Shown here: in pieces, positions 31,436-40,764 of the stretch
Numbering within the stretch: position 1 is the stretch's first letter
How the letters are laid out: each line of letters opens with the position of its first letter
Assembly (NCBI GenBank): GCA_001775755.1
Contig: MEYF01000076.1
Location: 1-61,307, forward strand
Reading direction: 5' to 3'
Origin: Candidatus Aminicenantes bacterium RBG_19FT_COMBO_65_30
Lineage (GTDB): Bacteria; Acidobacteriota; Aminicenantia; Aminicenantales; Saccharicenantaceae
DNA: 61,307 bases
The notes under the pieces: model-generated
Seen by the model: only the letters and a program-made list of their open reading frames with translations
What the model was told of the DNA's origin: nothing
Database searches by the model: none
Made by a program: the position numbers and the translations under genes

Positions 31436-32473
31436 CTACTTCGTCAGAATATCCTTGAAGGCCCTGACGGCGCGGTCGACGTCCTCGTCGCCGACATCTT
31501 TGTGGGTGACCATGCGGATGCCGCCGCTCACGGCCAGGGCCAGGATGCCCTTCTCCTTCATCTTCTCGAGCATCGCGGAGACGCTGATCGCCGGATGGTC
31601 GAAGCCGAAAATGATGATGTCGGTCTCGACGGTCGCGGGGGCGATCTTGACGCCCGGCAGTCCGCTGATCCCCCGGGCCAACGTCTTCGCGCGGACGTGG
31701 TCGTCCTTCAGCCTGTCGACCATCTCGGTCAGGGCGATGATACCCGGCGCGGCCAGGACCCCGACCTGACGCATGCCGCCGCCCAAGGCCTTCCGCAGCC
31801 GCCGGCCGAACTCGATGCGCTCCCGGCCGGCCGCGAGCATCGACCCCGCCGGTGCGGAAAGCCCCTTGGACAGGCAGAACATCAGCGAGTCCACCTGGTT
31901 CGCGTACTCCCTGACCGGAACGCCGGACGCGTGACTGGCGTTGAAGATCCGGGCCCCGTCCAGGTGGACCCTCAGCCCGTTTTCGTCGGCGATCTTTCTG
32001 ATGGCCTTGAAATTATCGAGAGGCAGGACGGTTCCGCCCCAGTTGTTGTGCGTGTTCTCGAGGCAAATGAGCGAGGTCCGCGGCGTGTGGACGTTCGGCT
32101 TGCGGATATTGGCGCTGATGTCCTTCGGGTCCATGGCCCCCCGCTCCGACCTCACCGGCCGCGGCGTCACCCCCGAGATGAAGGTCATGTGGGTCGATTC
32201 CATGTTGTAGATGTGGGAGCGCTCCTCGACGATGACCTCTTCGAGGATGTTGGTCCACATTTTTACGGCGATCGAATTGGCCATCGTCCCGGACGGGCAG
32301 AAGAGAGCCGCTTCCTTGCCCATGGTCTCGGCGGCCAGGGCCTCGAGCCTCTGGACCGTCGGGTCATCCCCCAGGACGTCGTCCCCGACCACGGCGTCGG
32401 CCATGGCCTTCCTCATCTTCTCCGTCGGTTTGGTGACCGTATCGCTTCGAAAATCTGAATAGGTGATCATCAT
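31436..32473 (-). CDS. ltaE: low-specificity L-threonine aldolase (beta-eliminating lyase family, PLP-dependent)
   Basis: N-terminus DFRSDTVTKPT, then GDDVLGDDPT, and the PLP-lysine region CLSKGLSAP. Confidence 0.88.
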   Translation of the reverse strand: MMITYSDFRSDTVTKPTEKMRKAMADAVVGDDVLGDDPTVQRLEALAAETMGKEAALFCPSGTMANSIAVKMWTNILEEVIVEERSHIYNMESTHMTFISGVTPRPVRSERGAMDPKDISANIRKPNVHTPRTSLICLENTHNNWGGTVLPLDNFKAIRKIADENGLRVHLDGARIFNASHASGVPVREYANQVDSLMFCLSKGLSAPAGSMLAAGRERIEFGRRLRKALGGGMRQVGVLAAPGIIALTEMVDRLKDDHVRAKTLARGISGLPGVKIAPATVETDIIIFGFDHPAISVSAMLEKMKEKGILALAVSGGIRMVTHKDVGDEDVDRAVRAFKDILTK

Positions 32474-32603
32474 TCATCTCCTCTGAGGGCCCAATTATAT
32501 GAGAAACTTGCTCTTCCGGCAATCAGGCAACGCTCCATCGGTTTACTAAGTTCGAAATATATGATAATAATGGACGTTGAATTTTGATTTGTGAGCATCG
32601 CAG

Positions 32604-33320
32604 ATGGCGAAGAAATTTCTCTTTAATGCGGCTCTCTCTTCGCTCCTCTTCCTTATCCTCTTCTTCCTGAGCGCCATCATCTTTTCGCAGGTCCTGCTCA
32701 AGAGCGAAGTCGTCACCGTCCCGGACCTCGTCGGCAGGACGGTCGCCCAGGCCAGGGCGGAACTCGCGAAAAAAGACCTGTCCCTCGCCCAGAAGGGCAC
32801 CGAACCGAGCGATCGTTTGGAAAAAGGCCTCATCGCCCGGCAGGACCCGGCGGCGGGCTCGAGGATCCGCACCACGACGGTCATCCAGGTCCTGACGAGC
32901 TCGGGGAGCGGTGTCGTCCCGGTCCCCGACCTCGCCTCCAAGACCTTGGACGAAGCGCTGACCCTTCTCCAGGCGGTCGGCCTGACGAAAGGCAAGTTGA
33001 CCCAAGTGCACACGCCGAGACTCCCCGCCGGTCGGATCCTGGCCCAGAAACCGGAGCCGGGCACGGTCGTGGAACGCAATTTCCCGGTCGGACTCCTCCT
33101 CAGCCAGGGAGACATCGACGACCGTTACATCATGCCCGACCTCATCGGCCTCAGGGCGGACGGCGTCATCGGCCGGCTCAACGCCCTGGGCTTCAGGATC
33201 GCCGACATCCGCTACGTCTATTACCCGCAGGCTCCGGCCGGCATCATCGTCAAGCAGGACCCGACCAACGGCTTCCGCGTCCAGAAAAGGAACCGCATCT
33301 CGCTCGAGGTCAGCCGCTGA
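32604..33320 (+). CDS. PASTA-domain protein (one TM helix plus three PASTA repeats, no kinase or PBP domain)
   Basis: The N-terminal TM helix is followed by three repeats of about 65 aa. Each repeat begins V(T/P)VPDL.G or IMPDLIG and shows the PASTA pattern. Confidence 0.8.
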   Translation: MAKKFLFNAALSSLLFLILFFLSAIIFSQVLLKSEVVTVPDLVGRTVAQARAELAKKDLSLAQKGTEPSDRLEKGLIARQDPAAGSRIRTTTVIQVLTSSGSGVVPVPDLASKTLDEALTLLQAVGLTKGKLTQVHTPRLPAGRILAQKPEPGTVVERNFPVGLLLSQGDIDDRYIMPDLIGLRADGVIGRLNALGFRIADIRYVYYPQAPAGIIVKQDPTNGFRVQKRNRISLEVSR

Positions 33321-33982
33321 TGGTCCGCATCGCCCCGTCCATCCTCTCCGCGGATTTTGCGAGGCTCGGCGAAGCGGTCCGGCTCGCCGAAAAGGCCGGG
33401 GCGGACCTCATCCACGTCGACATCATGGACGGGCACTTCGTGCCCAACCTGACCCTCGGCCCCCGGCTCGTCGCGGCCATCCGCCGCGAGACGCGACTGC
33501 CCATCGACGTCCACCTCATGGTCGAGAACCCCCGCGCTTTCATCCCGCTGTTCCATGAGGCCGGGGCCGACTGGATCTCCATCCACGTCGAGGCGACGGC
33601 CCACCTCCACAAGGACCTGACCATGATCCGCGGCCTCGGCCGCAAGGCCGGAGCGGCCCTTAATCCGGCGACGCCCATCGATTCGCTCAAGGAAGTCCTG
33701 CCGGAGCTCGACTTCGTGCTGATCATGTCGGTCAATCCCGGCTGGGGCGGCCAGTCCTTTATCCCTTCCTGCCGGGAAAAGATCCGCAAGCTCCGGGACT
33801 GGATCCGCGCCGAAAAGCTCGCCATCCCCATCGAGGTCGACGGCGGGATCAAGCTCGACAACGTCGAGGACATCATCCGCGCGGGCATGGAGATCGTCGT
33901 CGCCGGCTCGGCCGTCTTCGACGCTCCCGATCCCGCCGCGGTCATCCGGACCATGAAAGCCATCGCGAGGAAGACACCATGA
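33320..33982 (+). CDS. rpe: ribulose-phosphate 3-epimerase
   Basis: PSILSADF, HVDIMDGHFVPN, HLMV and VDGGI motifs. 220 aa. Confidence 0.96.
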   Translation: MVRIAPSILSADFARLGEAVRLAEKAGADLIHVDIMDGHFVPNLTLGPRLVAAIRRETRLPIDVHLMVENPRAFIPLFHEAGADWISIHVEATAHLHKDLTMIRGLGRKAGAALNPATPIDSLKEVLPELDFVLIMSVNPGWGGQSFIPSCREKIRKLRDWIRAEKLAIPIEVDGGIKLDNVEDIIRAGMEIVVAGSAVFDAPDPAAVIRTMKAIARKTP

Positions 33983-34803
33983 AGAACGATACCCCGAAGA
34001 AAACGCTTGCCGCCCTGCTTCCCCTGCTTGTCCTCCTCGGCCTCGCGCCGGGATGCCATAAGAAGACGGCCGAGATCACGCCCGCCGCGGCCTCCTCCGA
34101 CGAGGCCCTCTACAGGCTCGGCGAACAGGAGATAAAAAAGGACACGGAGAAGGCCATCCTCTATCTCCGTCAGGTCATCGACTCGTTCCCCAAGAGCTTC
34201 TACGCCCAACGGGCGAAACTGCTCATCGCCGACGCCTATTTCCGCAAGGGCGACGAGAGCAACATGATCCTGGCCGCGTCCGAATACCGGGAGTTCATCC
34301 GGACCTACCCCTATTCCCCGTCGGCCGCCTACAGCCAGTATCAGATCGCCATGACGTTCTACAAGAAAATGCTGAAGCCCGGCCGCGACCCGTCCAGGAC
34401 GATCCAGGCCCTCGCGGAATTCAAGAAGGTCATCACGGATTATCCCGCGAGCGATCAGTCCAAGACCGCCCAGGACAAGGTCAAGGAGTGCGAGGAGAAG
34501 CTGGCCGCGCACAGCGCCGAGATCGCCATCGGCTACTACAAGCGCCGGGCTTATCGGGCCGCCATCAGCCGACTGTCCGAGATCATGACCGGCTATCCGG
34601 AATACTCCAAGCTGGACTCGATCTATTTCTACTTCGGCGACTGCCATTTCATGATGAAACAGTATGACCAAGCCCACCCCTTCTTCACCAAGGTGGTCAC
34701 GGACTACCCCCAGCGGGCCCTGGCCAAGACCGCGACGAAGCGTCTGGCGGAGATCGAGAAGTTGAAGGCCGCGGCGCAGGAGACGAAAGACAAGAAGAGC
34801 TGA
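33979..34803 (+). CDS. bamD: outer membrane protein assembly factor BamD (TPR lipoprotein)
   Basis: Lipobox LAPGC and TPR-like repeats with BamD-type sequence (YAQRAKLLIADAYFRKGD...YSQYQIAMTFYK). Confidence 0.85.
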   Translation: MKNDTPKKTLAALLPLLVLLGLAPGCHKKTAEITPAAASSDEALYRLGEQEIKKDTEKAILYLRQVIDSFPKSFYAQRAKLLIADAYFRKGDESNMILAASEYREFIRTYPYSPSAAYSQYQIAMTFYKKMLKPGRDPSRTIQALAEFKKVITDYPASDQSKTAQDKVKECEEKLAAHSAEIAIGYYKRRAYRAAISRLSEIMTGYPEYSKLDSIYFYFGDCHFMMKQYDQAHPFFTKVVTDYPQRALAKTATKRLAEIEKLKAAAQETKDKKS

Positions 34804-34829
34804 CCCCGGAGGGTCTGGGAGGTTTCCCC

Positions 34830-35606
34830 ATGCGGAAACGGAGCGGGAGGGCTGAACGCCTCTTTGTACTTGGGGTCGTGTTCGCGCTGGCCGCGGGCGA
34901 GGCTCGGGCCGCCGAAGCGAAGGTCAAGACGTTGGCGGCCGGATTGAGCTACGATTATTTTTCGAGGACGGTCGTCTGGAAAGGCGACACGGCCTCCTCC
35001 AAGATCCTGGCCAACATGGTTTCGGCCCGCGCCGATTTCGGGCTCGGCAAGGACCTGGTCTTCAGCCTCAGCGCCGGCTTGTCCCTCACCGACTTCAAGG
35101 GCCTGTCCTTCGGCTCCCTCCCCATCAGCCTCCAATTTGACGGCGCGCCCCTCAAGGGCCTCGCCCTGGGGGCCGAGGTCGCGGCCCCGTTCATGAAATT
35201 CGGGGACTTTGAGATAAGCGCCACCGGCCGGGTCGTCTTATCTTTCGGGATGTCCAAGACCTGGCCGCTTGAGGGTTTCGCCGTCGAGGGAGAGGCCCAG
35301 GGCAGGCCGAACTGGATGGAGATCTCCGTGGGGCCCCGGTTCGCCTACCTCTTGTTCGGCAGGGTCGTCCCTTATGTCGAAGTGAGCGCCCGCTGGCTCC
35401 GGGCCGTTTTCCGGATGACCGAAATCCTGGATGAGCTCGACGGCGTCGAGAAGAAGCAGGTCAACGGGGATATCTCGTTCGGCGTCTCGCTCGGCGCGGA
35501 CGCCACCGTGTCCGACCGCCTCGCCGTCAAGGCCAAGGCCGGGATCATGCCCTTCGCCGGAGGCGTGGATGGATTGATTTCGTTCGGCCTCCTGTACAGG
35601 TTCTAG
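34830..35606 (+). CDS. outer-membrane beta-barrel protein, function unknown
   Basis: Signal peptide ending AAGEARA, amphipathic beta-strand periodicity and the C-terminal GLLYRF. Confidence 0.7.
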   Translation: MRKRSGRAERLFVLGVVFALAAGEARAAEAKVKTLAAGLSYDYFSRTVVWKGDTASSKILANMVSARADFGLGKDLVFSLSAGLSLTDFKGLSFGSLPISLQFDGAPLKGLALGAEVAAPFMKFGDFEISATGRVVLSFGMSKTWPLEGFAVEGEAQGRPNWMEISVGPRFAYLLFGRVVPYVEVSARWLRAVFRMTEILDELDGVEKKQVNGDISFGVSLGADATVSDRLAVKAKAGIMPFAGGVDGLISFGLLYRF

Positions 35607-35621
35607 GGCAAGGAGAGGAAC

Positions 35622-36989
35622 ATGAAGACGCCGTTCAAAAGATCCTTGAAGGTGTTCGCGGCCCTCCTCGTCATCCTGTTCTTCGGCCTGGGCACGAGCG
35701 ACGGAGGCCGGGTGAGACAGAACAAGCGGATCGGACGCATCTCCCGGCGTCCCGCCCGCGACCTGCGCGTTGAAAGGCCGGTCGTCCGCCGCCGGACTCC
35801 CCGCTACGCCTCCGACCGCGTGCTCGTCCGCTTCCGTCCCCGCGTGCATCGGTCCTACGCGGAAGGACTTCTCCGATCCTACGGATTCCCGTCCGTCCGC
35901 CGGATCCCCGCGATCGGCGTCTACAGCGTGCGCACCGCGCCCGGCGTCTCTGTTACGGAAACCCTGGCTATGCTCCGCCGCAACGCCGATGTCGAGCAAG
36001 CCCGGCCGGATTACCGGACCCGCCTGGCCGATATCCCCAACGATCAATACTTCGCCATGTTCCAGTACAACCTCCGCAACCCCGGCGGCATCCTCGACCT
36101 CGGCGACGACATTCAGCTGCAGGCCAAGGCCAACGCCGACATCAAGGCCAGCGCGGCCTGGGACGCGGTCAAGGGCGATCCCGAGGTCGTCATCGCCGTC
36201 TGCGACACCGGCGTCGACATGACCCACCCCGACCTCGCCGCCAAGATCGTCTCCGCCGGGCATGACTTCGCCAACGACGACGACGACGCGACCGACGACC
36301 ACTGGCACGGCACGCACGTCGCCGGGATCGCCGCGGCGGACACCGACAACTCCACGGGCATCGCCGGCGTCGCCTGGAAGTGCCGGATCCTGCCGGTCAA
36401 GGTCACGGACGCCACAGGCGACGGTTATTACAGCTGGGTGATCGACGGCATCATTTGGGCGACGGACGAGGGGGCCGACGTCATCAACATCAGCCTGGGC
36501 GGGGATTTTGACGACCCCTTCCTCGAGGACGCCTGCAAATACGCCCACGACCACGGCGTCGTCGTCGTCGCTTCGGCCGGGAACGACACGGCCTATATTA
36601 ATTACCCCGCCGCCTACGACAGCTACGTCCTGGCCGTGGCCGCCACCGACTACAGCGACGAGGTCGCCGACTTCTCGAGCTTTGGCCCCGAGGTCGACGT
36701 GGCCGCGCCGGGCGTCTACATCCTGGGCCCCGCCCCTCAGTGGTACGTCGGGATAGGCGACCCCCCCTATCTTTTCGGCTCGGGGACGTCCATGGCCGCG
36801 CCCCACGTCTCCGGAATGGCCGCGCTGATCATGAGCCTCAAACCCGAGCTTAAGCCCGCCGAAGTCATGAAGGTCATCCGCTACACGGCCGACGACGTCA
36901 ACAGGGCGGCTTATCCCGGCCGCGACGACCACGCCGGCTACGGCCGCATCAACATGCAGAGGGCCCTCGTCCCGTACATCCTCAAGTAG
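35622..36989 (+). CDS. secreted S8-family (subtilisin-like) serine peptidase with an I9-like propeptide
   Basis: Catalytic triad contexts VCDTGVD, HGTHVAG and GTSMAAPHVSG. N-terminal signal anchor. Confidence 0.92.
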   Translation: MKTPFKRSLKVFAALLVILFFGLGTSDGGRVRQNKRIGRISRRPARDLRVERPVVRRRTPRYASDRVLVRFRPRVHRSYAEGLLRSYGFPSVRRIPAIGVYSVRTAPGVSVTETLAMLRRNADVEQARPDYRTRLADIPNDQYFAMFQYNLRNPGGILDLGDDIQLQAKANADIKASAAWDAVKGDPEVVIAVCDTGVDMTHPDLAAKIVSAGHDFANDDDDATDDHWHGTHVAGIAAADTDNSTGIAGVAWKCRILPVKVTDATGDGYYSWVIDGIIWATDEGADVINISLGGDFDDPFLEDACKYAHDHGVVVVASAGNDTAYINYPAAYDSYVLAVAATDYSDEVADFSSFGPEVDVAAPGVYILGPAPQWYVGIGDPPYLFGSGTSMAAPHVSGMAALIMSLKPELKPAEVMKVIRYTADDVNRAAYPGRDDHAGYGRINMQRALVPYILK

Positions 36990-37002
36990 CCTTCCGGAAG
37001 AC

Positions 37003-38694
37003 ATGATCAAACTCCTGCGGGTCAGGAATCTGGCCACGATCGAAGACCTCGAGATCCCCCTCGACGAGGGCTTCTCCATCCTGACCGGGGAGACGGGCGC
37101 CGGCAAGTCCATCATCATCGACGCCATCCGGCTCATCCTGGGGGACAAAGGCTCGCCCGACATCGTCCGGACCGGGAAGGCCGAGGCCTTCATCGAGGCC
37201 GTCTTCGACGTCTCCCAGCAGCCGATCGATCTGGCCGGTCTGCCCGAGCCCGAGGACGGGGAGCTCCTCATCCAGCGCTCGGTCACCGACCAGGGGACGG
37301 GCAAGGCCTTCGTCAACGGCGTCCTCGTTCCCTTGCGCCGGCTCCGGGAGCTCGGCGGCCGGCTCATCGACATTTACGGCCAGAATGATCACGTCTTCCT
37401 CCTCCACCTCGAGAATCACCTCGGCTACCTTGACGAGACCCTTGCCGATCCCGGACTCGTCCGGGACACGGCCCGGTCGGCCCAGGAGCTCCGGCGTCTC
37501 GTCCAGGAGAAGCGCGACCTCGAAGCGAAGGAGAAGGAGCGCGAACAGCGCCTCGACGTCATCGCCTACCAGGTCAAGGAGATCGAGGCGGCCGGCCTCA
37601 AGCCCGGCGAGGACGAGAGCCTCCTCCGGGAACGCGAGATCCTCAAGAACGCCGAAAAGATCGCCGGCCTCGTCGATAAAGCCCTCGACCTGGCCTACCT
37701 CGGCGAGGACTCCCTCATCCCCCGCCTGGCCCGGCTCCGGTCCGTCCTCGGAGACCTCTCCGCTTACGACGAAACCTTCGCTGAATTCCGGCCGGGCCTC
37801 CAGGACGCGTCCATCCTGCTCCAGGACGCCGCCGATTCGCTCGTCCGCTTCAAGGACCGGCGGGCCGAGGCCCCGGAGAGCCCGGAGGACGTCGAAGAAC
37901 GCCTGAGCGTCATCGAGAAGCTCAAGCGAAAGCACGGCGGGACGATCGAGGCGATCATCGCCCACGGCGAGGCCCTCCGCCGCGAGCGGGCGGGGCTCGA
38001 GTCCGGCCGCGAAAGGCTCCAAGAGCTCGAATTCGTCATCCAAACGAAATTCCGGGAGTACGCCGGCCTTGCCGGCCGTCTCGGCGCCGGGCGGAAGAAA
38101 GCCGCGGAAAAGCTCGGCCGCCTCATCGAGAAGGAGATCGCCCTCCTCGGTATGACCAAGGCCCGGTTCAAGGTCCGGCTCGCGGACGTTCCGCCGTCCC
38201 TCGCCGATACGGCGACGATCCGCGACCAGGGCGCGGAGGACGCCGAGTTCCTGCTCTCACCCAACCCGGGCGAGGAGCTCCGGCCCCTCCGGCGGATCGC
38301 TTCGGGCGGCGAGCTGTCGAGGATGATGCTGGCGCTCAAGTCGGCCGGCAAGGACGAGGAGCGCCTCAGGACGTTCATCTTCGACGAGATCGACTCGGGC
38401 ATCGGCGGCAAGACGGCGGATTTCATCGCCCGGAAGCTCCGCCGGCTGGCGGCCCGCCACCAGGTGATCTGTATCACCCATCTCCCCCAGATCGCCTCGG
38501 CCGCAACCCACCACTTCCGCGTCGACAAGCGGGTCGAGAAAGAGCGGACCTTCACCGGCGCGCGCAAGCTCGGCCGGGAAGAACGGGTCGAGGAGATCGC
38601 CCGGCTCATCGCCGGAAGCCGCCTGACGGAGGCGTCCCGCCAGATCGCCCGGGAGATGCTCGACGGCAGCCCCGAGAAAGGACACAAACCATGA
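37003..38694 (+). CDS. recN: DNA repair protein RecN
   Basis: Walker A GETGAGKS, a long coiled-coil middle region, the SMC-like signature SGGELSR and Walker B FIFDEIDSG. Confidence 0.96.
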   Translation: MIKLLRVRNLATIEDLEIPLDEGFSILTGETGAGKSIIIDAIRLILGDKGSPDIVRTGKAEAFIEAVFDVSQQPIDLAGLPEPEDGELLIQRSVTDQGTGKAFVNGVLVPLRRLRELGGRLIDIYGQNDHVFLLHLENHLGYLDETLADPGLVRDTARSAQELRRLVQEKRDLEAKEKEREQRLDVIAYQVKEIEAAGLKPGEDESLLREREILKNAEKIAGLVDKALDLAYLGEDSLIPRLARLRSVLGDLSAYDETFAEFRPGLQDASILLQDAADSLVRFKDRRAEAPESPEDVEERLSVIEKLKRKHGGTIEAIIAHGEALRRERAGLESGRERLQELEFVIQTKFREYAGLAGRLGAGRKKAAEKLGRLIEKEIALLGMTKARFKVRLADVPPSLADTATIRDQGAEDAEFLLSPNPGEELRPLRRIASGGELSRMMLALKSAGKDEERLRTFIFDEIDSGIGGKTADFIARKLRRLAARHQVICITHLPQIASAATHHFRVDKRVEKERTFTGARKLGREERVEEIARLIAGSRLTEASRQIAREMLDGSPEKGHKP

Positions 38695-39125
38695 GCAGAT
38701 CCGACTGCGCCCTCTCATTTTTCCGCCAGGGTTTCAGCTGTTCCCAGGCGGTCGCGGCGGCCTTCGCCGCGGACTTCGGCCTCGACAAGGATTCCGCCCT
38801 GCGCATTTCCCAGGCCTTCGGCGGCGGCATCGCCCGGAGGGCGGACTGGTGCGGCGCTCTCACCGGGGCTTTCCTTGTCATCGGGCTCAAGCACGGCCGG
38901 ACCAAGGCCGAGGACGCCGCCGCGCGGGACAAGACCTACGCTCTCGTTCAGGACTTCATCGCCCGCTTCACGGCCCGCTACGGTCACATCAAGTGCAGGG
39001 ATCTCCTCGGTTGCGACATCGGGACGCCCGAGGGGCAGAAGCAGGCCGACGCGCAAAATCTCCACCGGACGAAGTGCGAAGAGTACGTCCGCGACGCGGC
39101 CGCGCTCCTCGAGGAGATGCTCTGA
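38691..39125 (+). CDS. C_GCAxxG_C_C family protein
   Basis: 144 aa with the family's Cys pattern (FSCSQAV, WCGALTGA, KCRDLLGC, KCEEY). Confidence 0.8.
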   Translation: MSRSDCALSFFRQGFSCSQAVAAAFAADFGLDKDSALRISQAFGGGIARRADWCGALTGAFLVIGLKHGRTKAEDAAARDKTYALVQDFIARFTARYGHIKCRDLLGCDIGTPEGQKQADAQNLHRTKCEEYVRDAAALLEEML

Positions 39126-40447
39126 GCGCCAGCCTGACCGGGCTGAAGGTTTTCGTCCGGACCTTCGGCTGCCAGATGAATGAGAACGATTCGGAGCACA
39201 TCGCCGGAGTCCTCGTCCGGGCCGGGGCGGCGAAAGCGGACCGTCCGGAGGACGCGGACATTGTCGTCGTCAACACCTGCGCCGTCCGGCAAAAATCCGA
39301 GGAAAAGCTCTACTCTTATCTGGGACGGCTCTCCGGGCTGAAGAAGAAAAGGCCGTTCCTCCTGGGCGTCGCCGGCTGTGTCGCCCAGGTCCGGAAGGCC
39401 CATCTGCTCGAGAAACTGCCGTTCGTGGATTTCGTCGCCGGGCCGGACAACTACCTCGACCTGCCCGAGATCGTCGGACGCGCGGCCGAAGCCCCAACAG
39501 TCCGGGCCGATTTCGGAACGGACTGGAGAGAGGTCGGGCCGGAGGCGACGGCCCGCGAGAATCCCTGGAGCGCTTTCGTCCCGGTCATGGAGGGCTGCGA
39601 CAATTTCTGCTCCTACTGCATCGTCCCCTTCTGCCGCGGCCGCGAGAAATTCCGTCCGCTGCCGAACATCGTCGCGGAGGCGCGCGCCGCGGCCGGGGCG
39701 GGCGCGGTGGAGATCCAGCTCCTGGGCCAGAACGTCAATTCTTATCGGGACCCCGAGTCGGGCCTCGGGTTCGCCGGACTTCTCGACGCGATGTGCGCCG
39801 TGCCCGGGGCCGAATGGGTCCGGTTCATCACCTCCCACCCGAAGAACTTCGGCGACGACATCATCCGGGCAATGGCCGCGAACCCGAAAGTTTGCCCCGC
39901 GCTCCACCTGCCTCTTCAATCCGGATCCACGCGCATTCTCGAGAGGATGAACCGGGGATACACGCGGGAGGAGTACCTCGCCCTGGCCGCCCGCTTGAAG
40001 GAGAGCCTGCCCGGCATTCTCCTGAGCACGGACGTCATCGTCGGCTTCCCGAGCGAGACGGAGGAGGATTTCGAGGCGACCTGCAGCCTTCTCCGCGAGG
40101 TGCGCTTCGCCGGCATCTTTTCCTTCCGTTATTCACCCCGCCCGCTGACCGCGGCGGCGGCCATCCCCGACGACGTCCCTCTCGAGATCAAACGGCGGCG
40201 GCTCATCGCCCTCCAAGCCCTCCAAAAGACGATACAGGTCGAGATCAACAGGTCGTTCGTCGGCCGGGAAGTCCGCGTTCTCGGCACCGGTCCGAGCCCC
40301 AAGGGCGCCGGCCGCTTCGCCGGACGGACGGACGGCAACCTGGTCGTCAACTTCGACTCCGCCGCGGACCCGAGCGGCCGCTTCCTCACGGTCCGCATCA
40401 CCGGCTCCGGCCCCTACAGCCTCCACGGTACAACAGTCGAATTGTGA
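39074..40447 (+). CDS. miaB: tRNA-i6A37 methylthiotransferase MiaB (start codon uncertain)
   Basis: UPF0004 domain (TFGCQMNENDSE), radical-SAM motif CDNFCSYCIVP and a C-terminal TRAM domain. There is no in-frame ATG upstream of the essential Cys. Candidate starts are GTG 39074 or CTG 39122, which overlaps the upstream stop as CTGA and has GAGGAG 5 nt upstream. Confidence 0.9.
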   Translation: MRRVRPRRGRAPRGDALSASLTGLKVFVRTFGCQMNENDSEHIAGVLVRAGAAKADRPEDADIVVVNTCAVRQKSEEKLYSYLGRLSGLKKKRPFLLGVAGCVAQVRKAHLLEKLPFVDFVAGPDNYLDLPEIVGRAAEAPTVRADFGTDWREVGPEATARENPWSAFVPVMEGCDNFCSYCIVPFCRGREKFRPLPNIVAEARAAAGAGAVEIQLLGQNVNSYRDPESGLGFAGLLDAMCAVPGAEWVRFITSHPKNFGDDIIRAMAANPKVCPALHLPLQSGSTRILERMNRGYTREEYLALAARLKESLPGILLSTDVIVGFPSETEEDFEATCSLLREVRFAGIFSFRYSPRPLTAAAAIPDDVPLEIKRRRLIALQALQKTIQVEINRSFVGREVRVLGTGPSPKGAGRFAGRTDGNLVVNFDSAADPSGRFLTVRITGSGPYSLHGTTVEL

Positions 40448-40472
40448 GGTTATTCATCATACTCGCGTAACA

Positions 40473-40734
40473 GAGCCGAGGAATCTCGTCAGTGAAGCCG
40501 CCCCGCGCAGGGGTGTTCCTGGAGGAGGCCGTGGGAGGGCGTAGCGGGCACGGATGAAGATTGAGGACGAAGGGGGACATGTACCCTTGGTACGTGTCCC
40601 CTTTCTTGCGTCCCCAATCTTCAGAGCGAAGCCCGGATACGAAGCGAGCCGGCTCGCCGGGCCGGCGAGCGGCCGACGGAAGGAATACTCCGAGCGTAGC
40701 AGGGCGGATTTCCTGACGATAATCCCCGAGGCTC
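40473..40734 (+). ncRNA. candidate structured RNA (rod-like fold) in the miaB-nusA spacer
   Basis: No credible ORF. By hand the region folds into nested helices: 40473-77/40730-34, 40486-503/40702-19, 40513-20/40681-88, 40527-31/40670-74 and 40540-49/40631-41. An apical hairpin occupies 40555-40623. All wobble pairs are G-U on the + strand. I found no match to the RNase P, SRP or tmRNA signature motifs. Confidence 0.35.
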
Positions 40735-40735
40735 G

Positions 40736-40764
40736 TTGCACTTTGGGGCGAATTCCGATATAAT
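40736..40764 (+). promoter_or_regulatory. candidate sigma-70 promoter for nusA-infB
   Basis: TTGCAC - 17 nt - TATAAT, about 40 nt upstream of the nusA ATG. Confidence 0.45.

Noticed and set aside
40554-40763. 69-aa ORF in the miaB-nusA spacer, considered as a possible rimP remnant or small protein.
   Set aside because: It has no RBS, no similarity to the RimP sequence pattern, and a composition typical of random GC-rich translation. The region is better explained by RNA structure.
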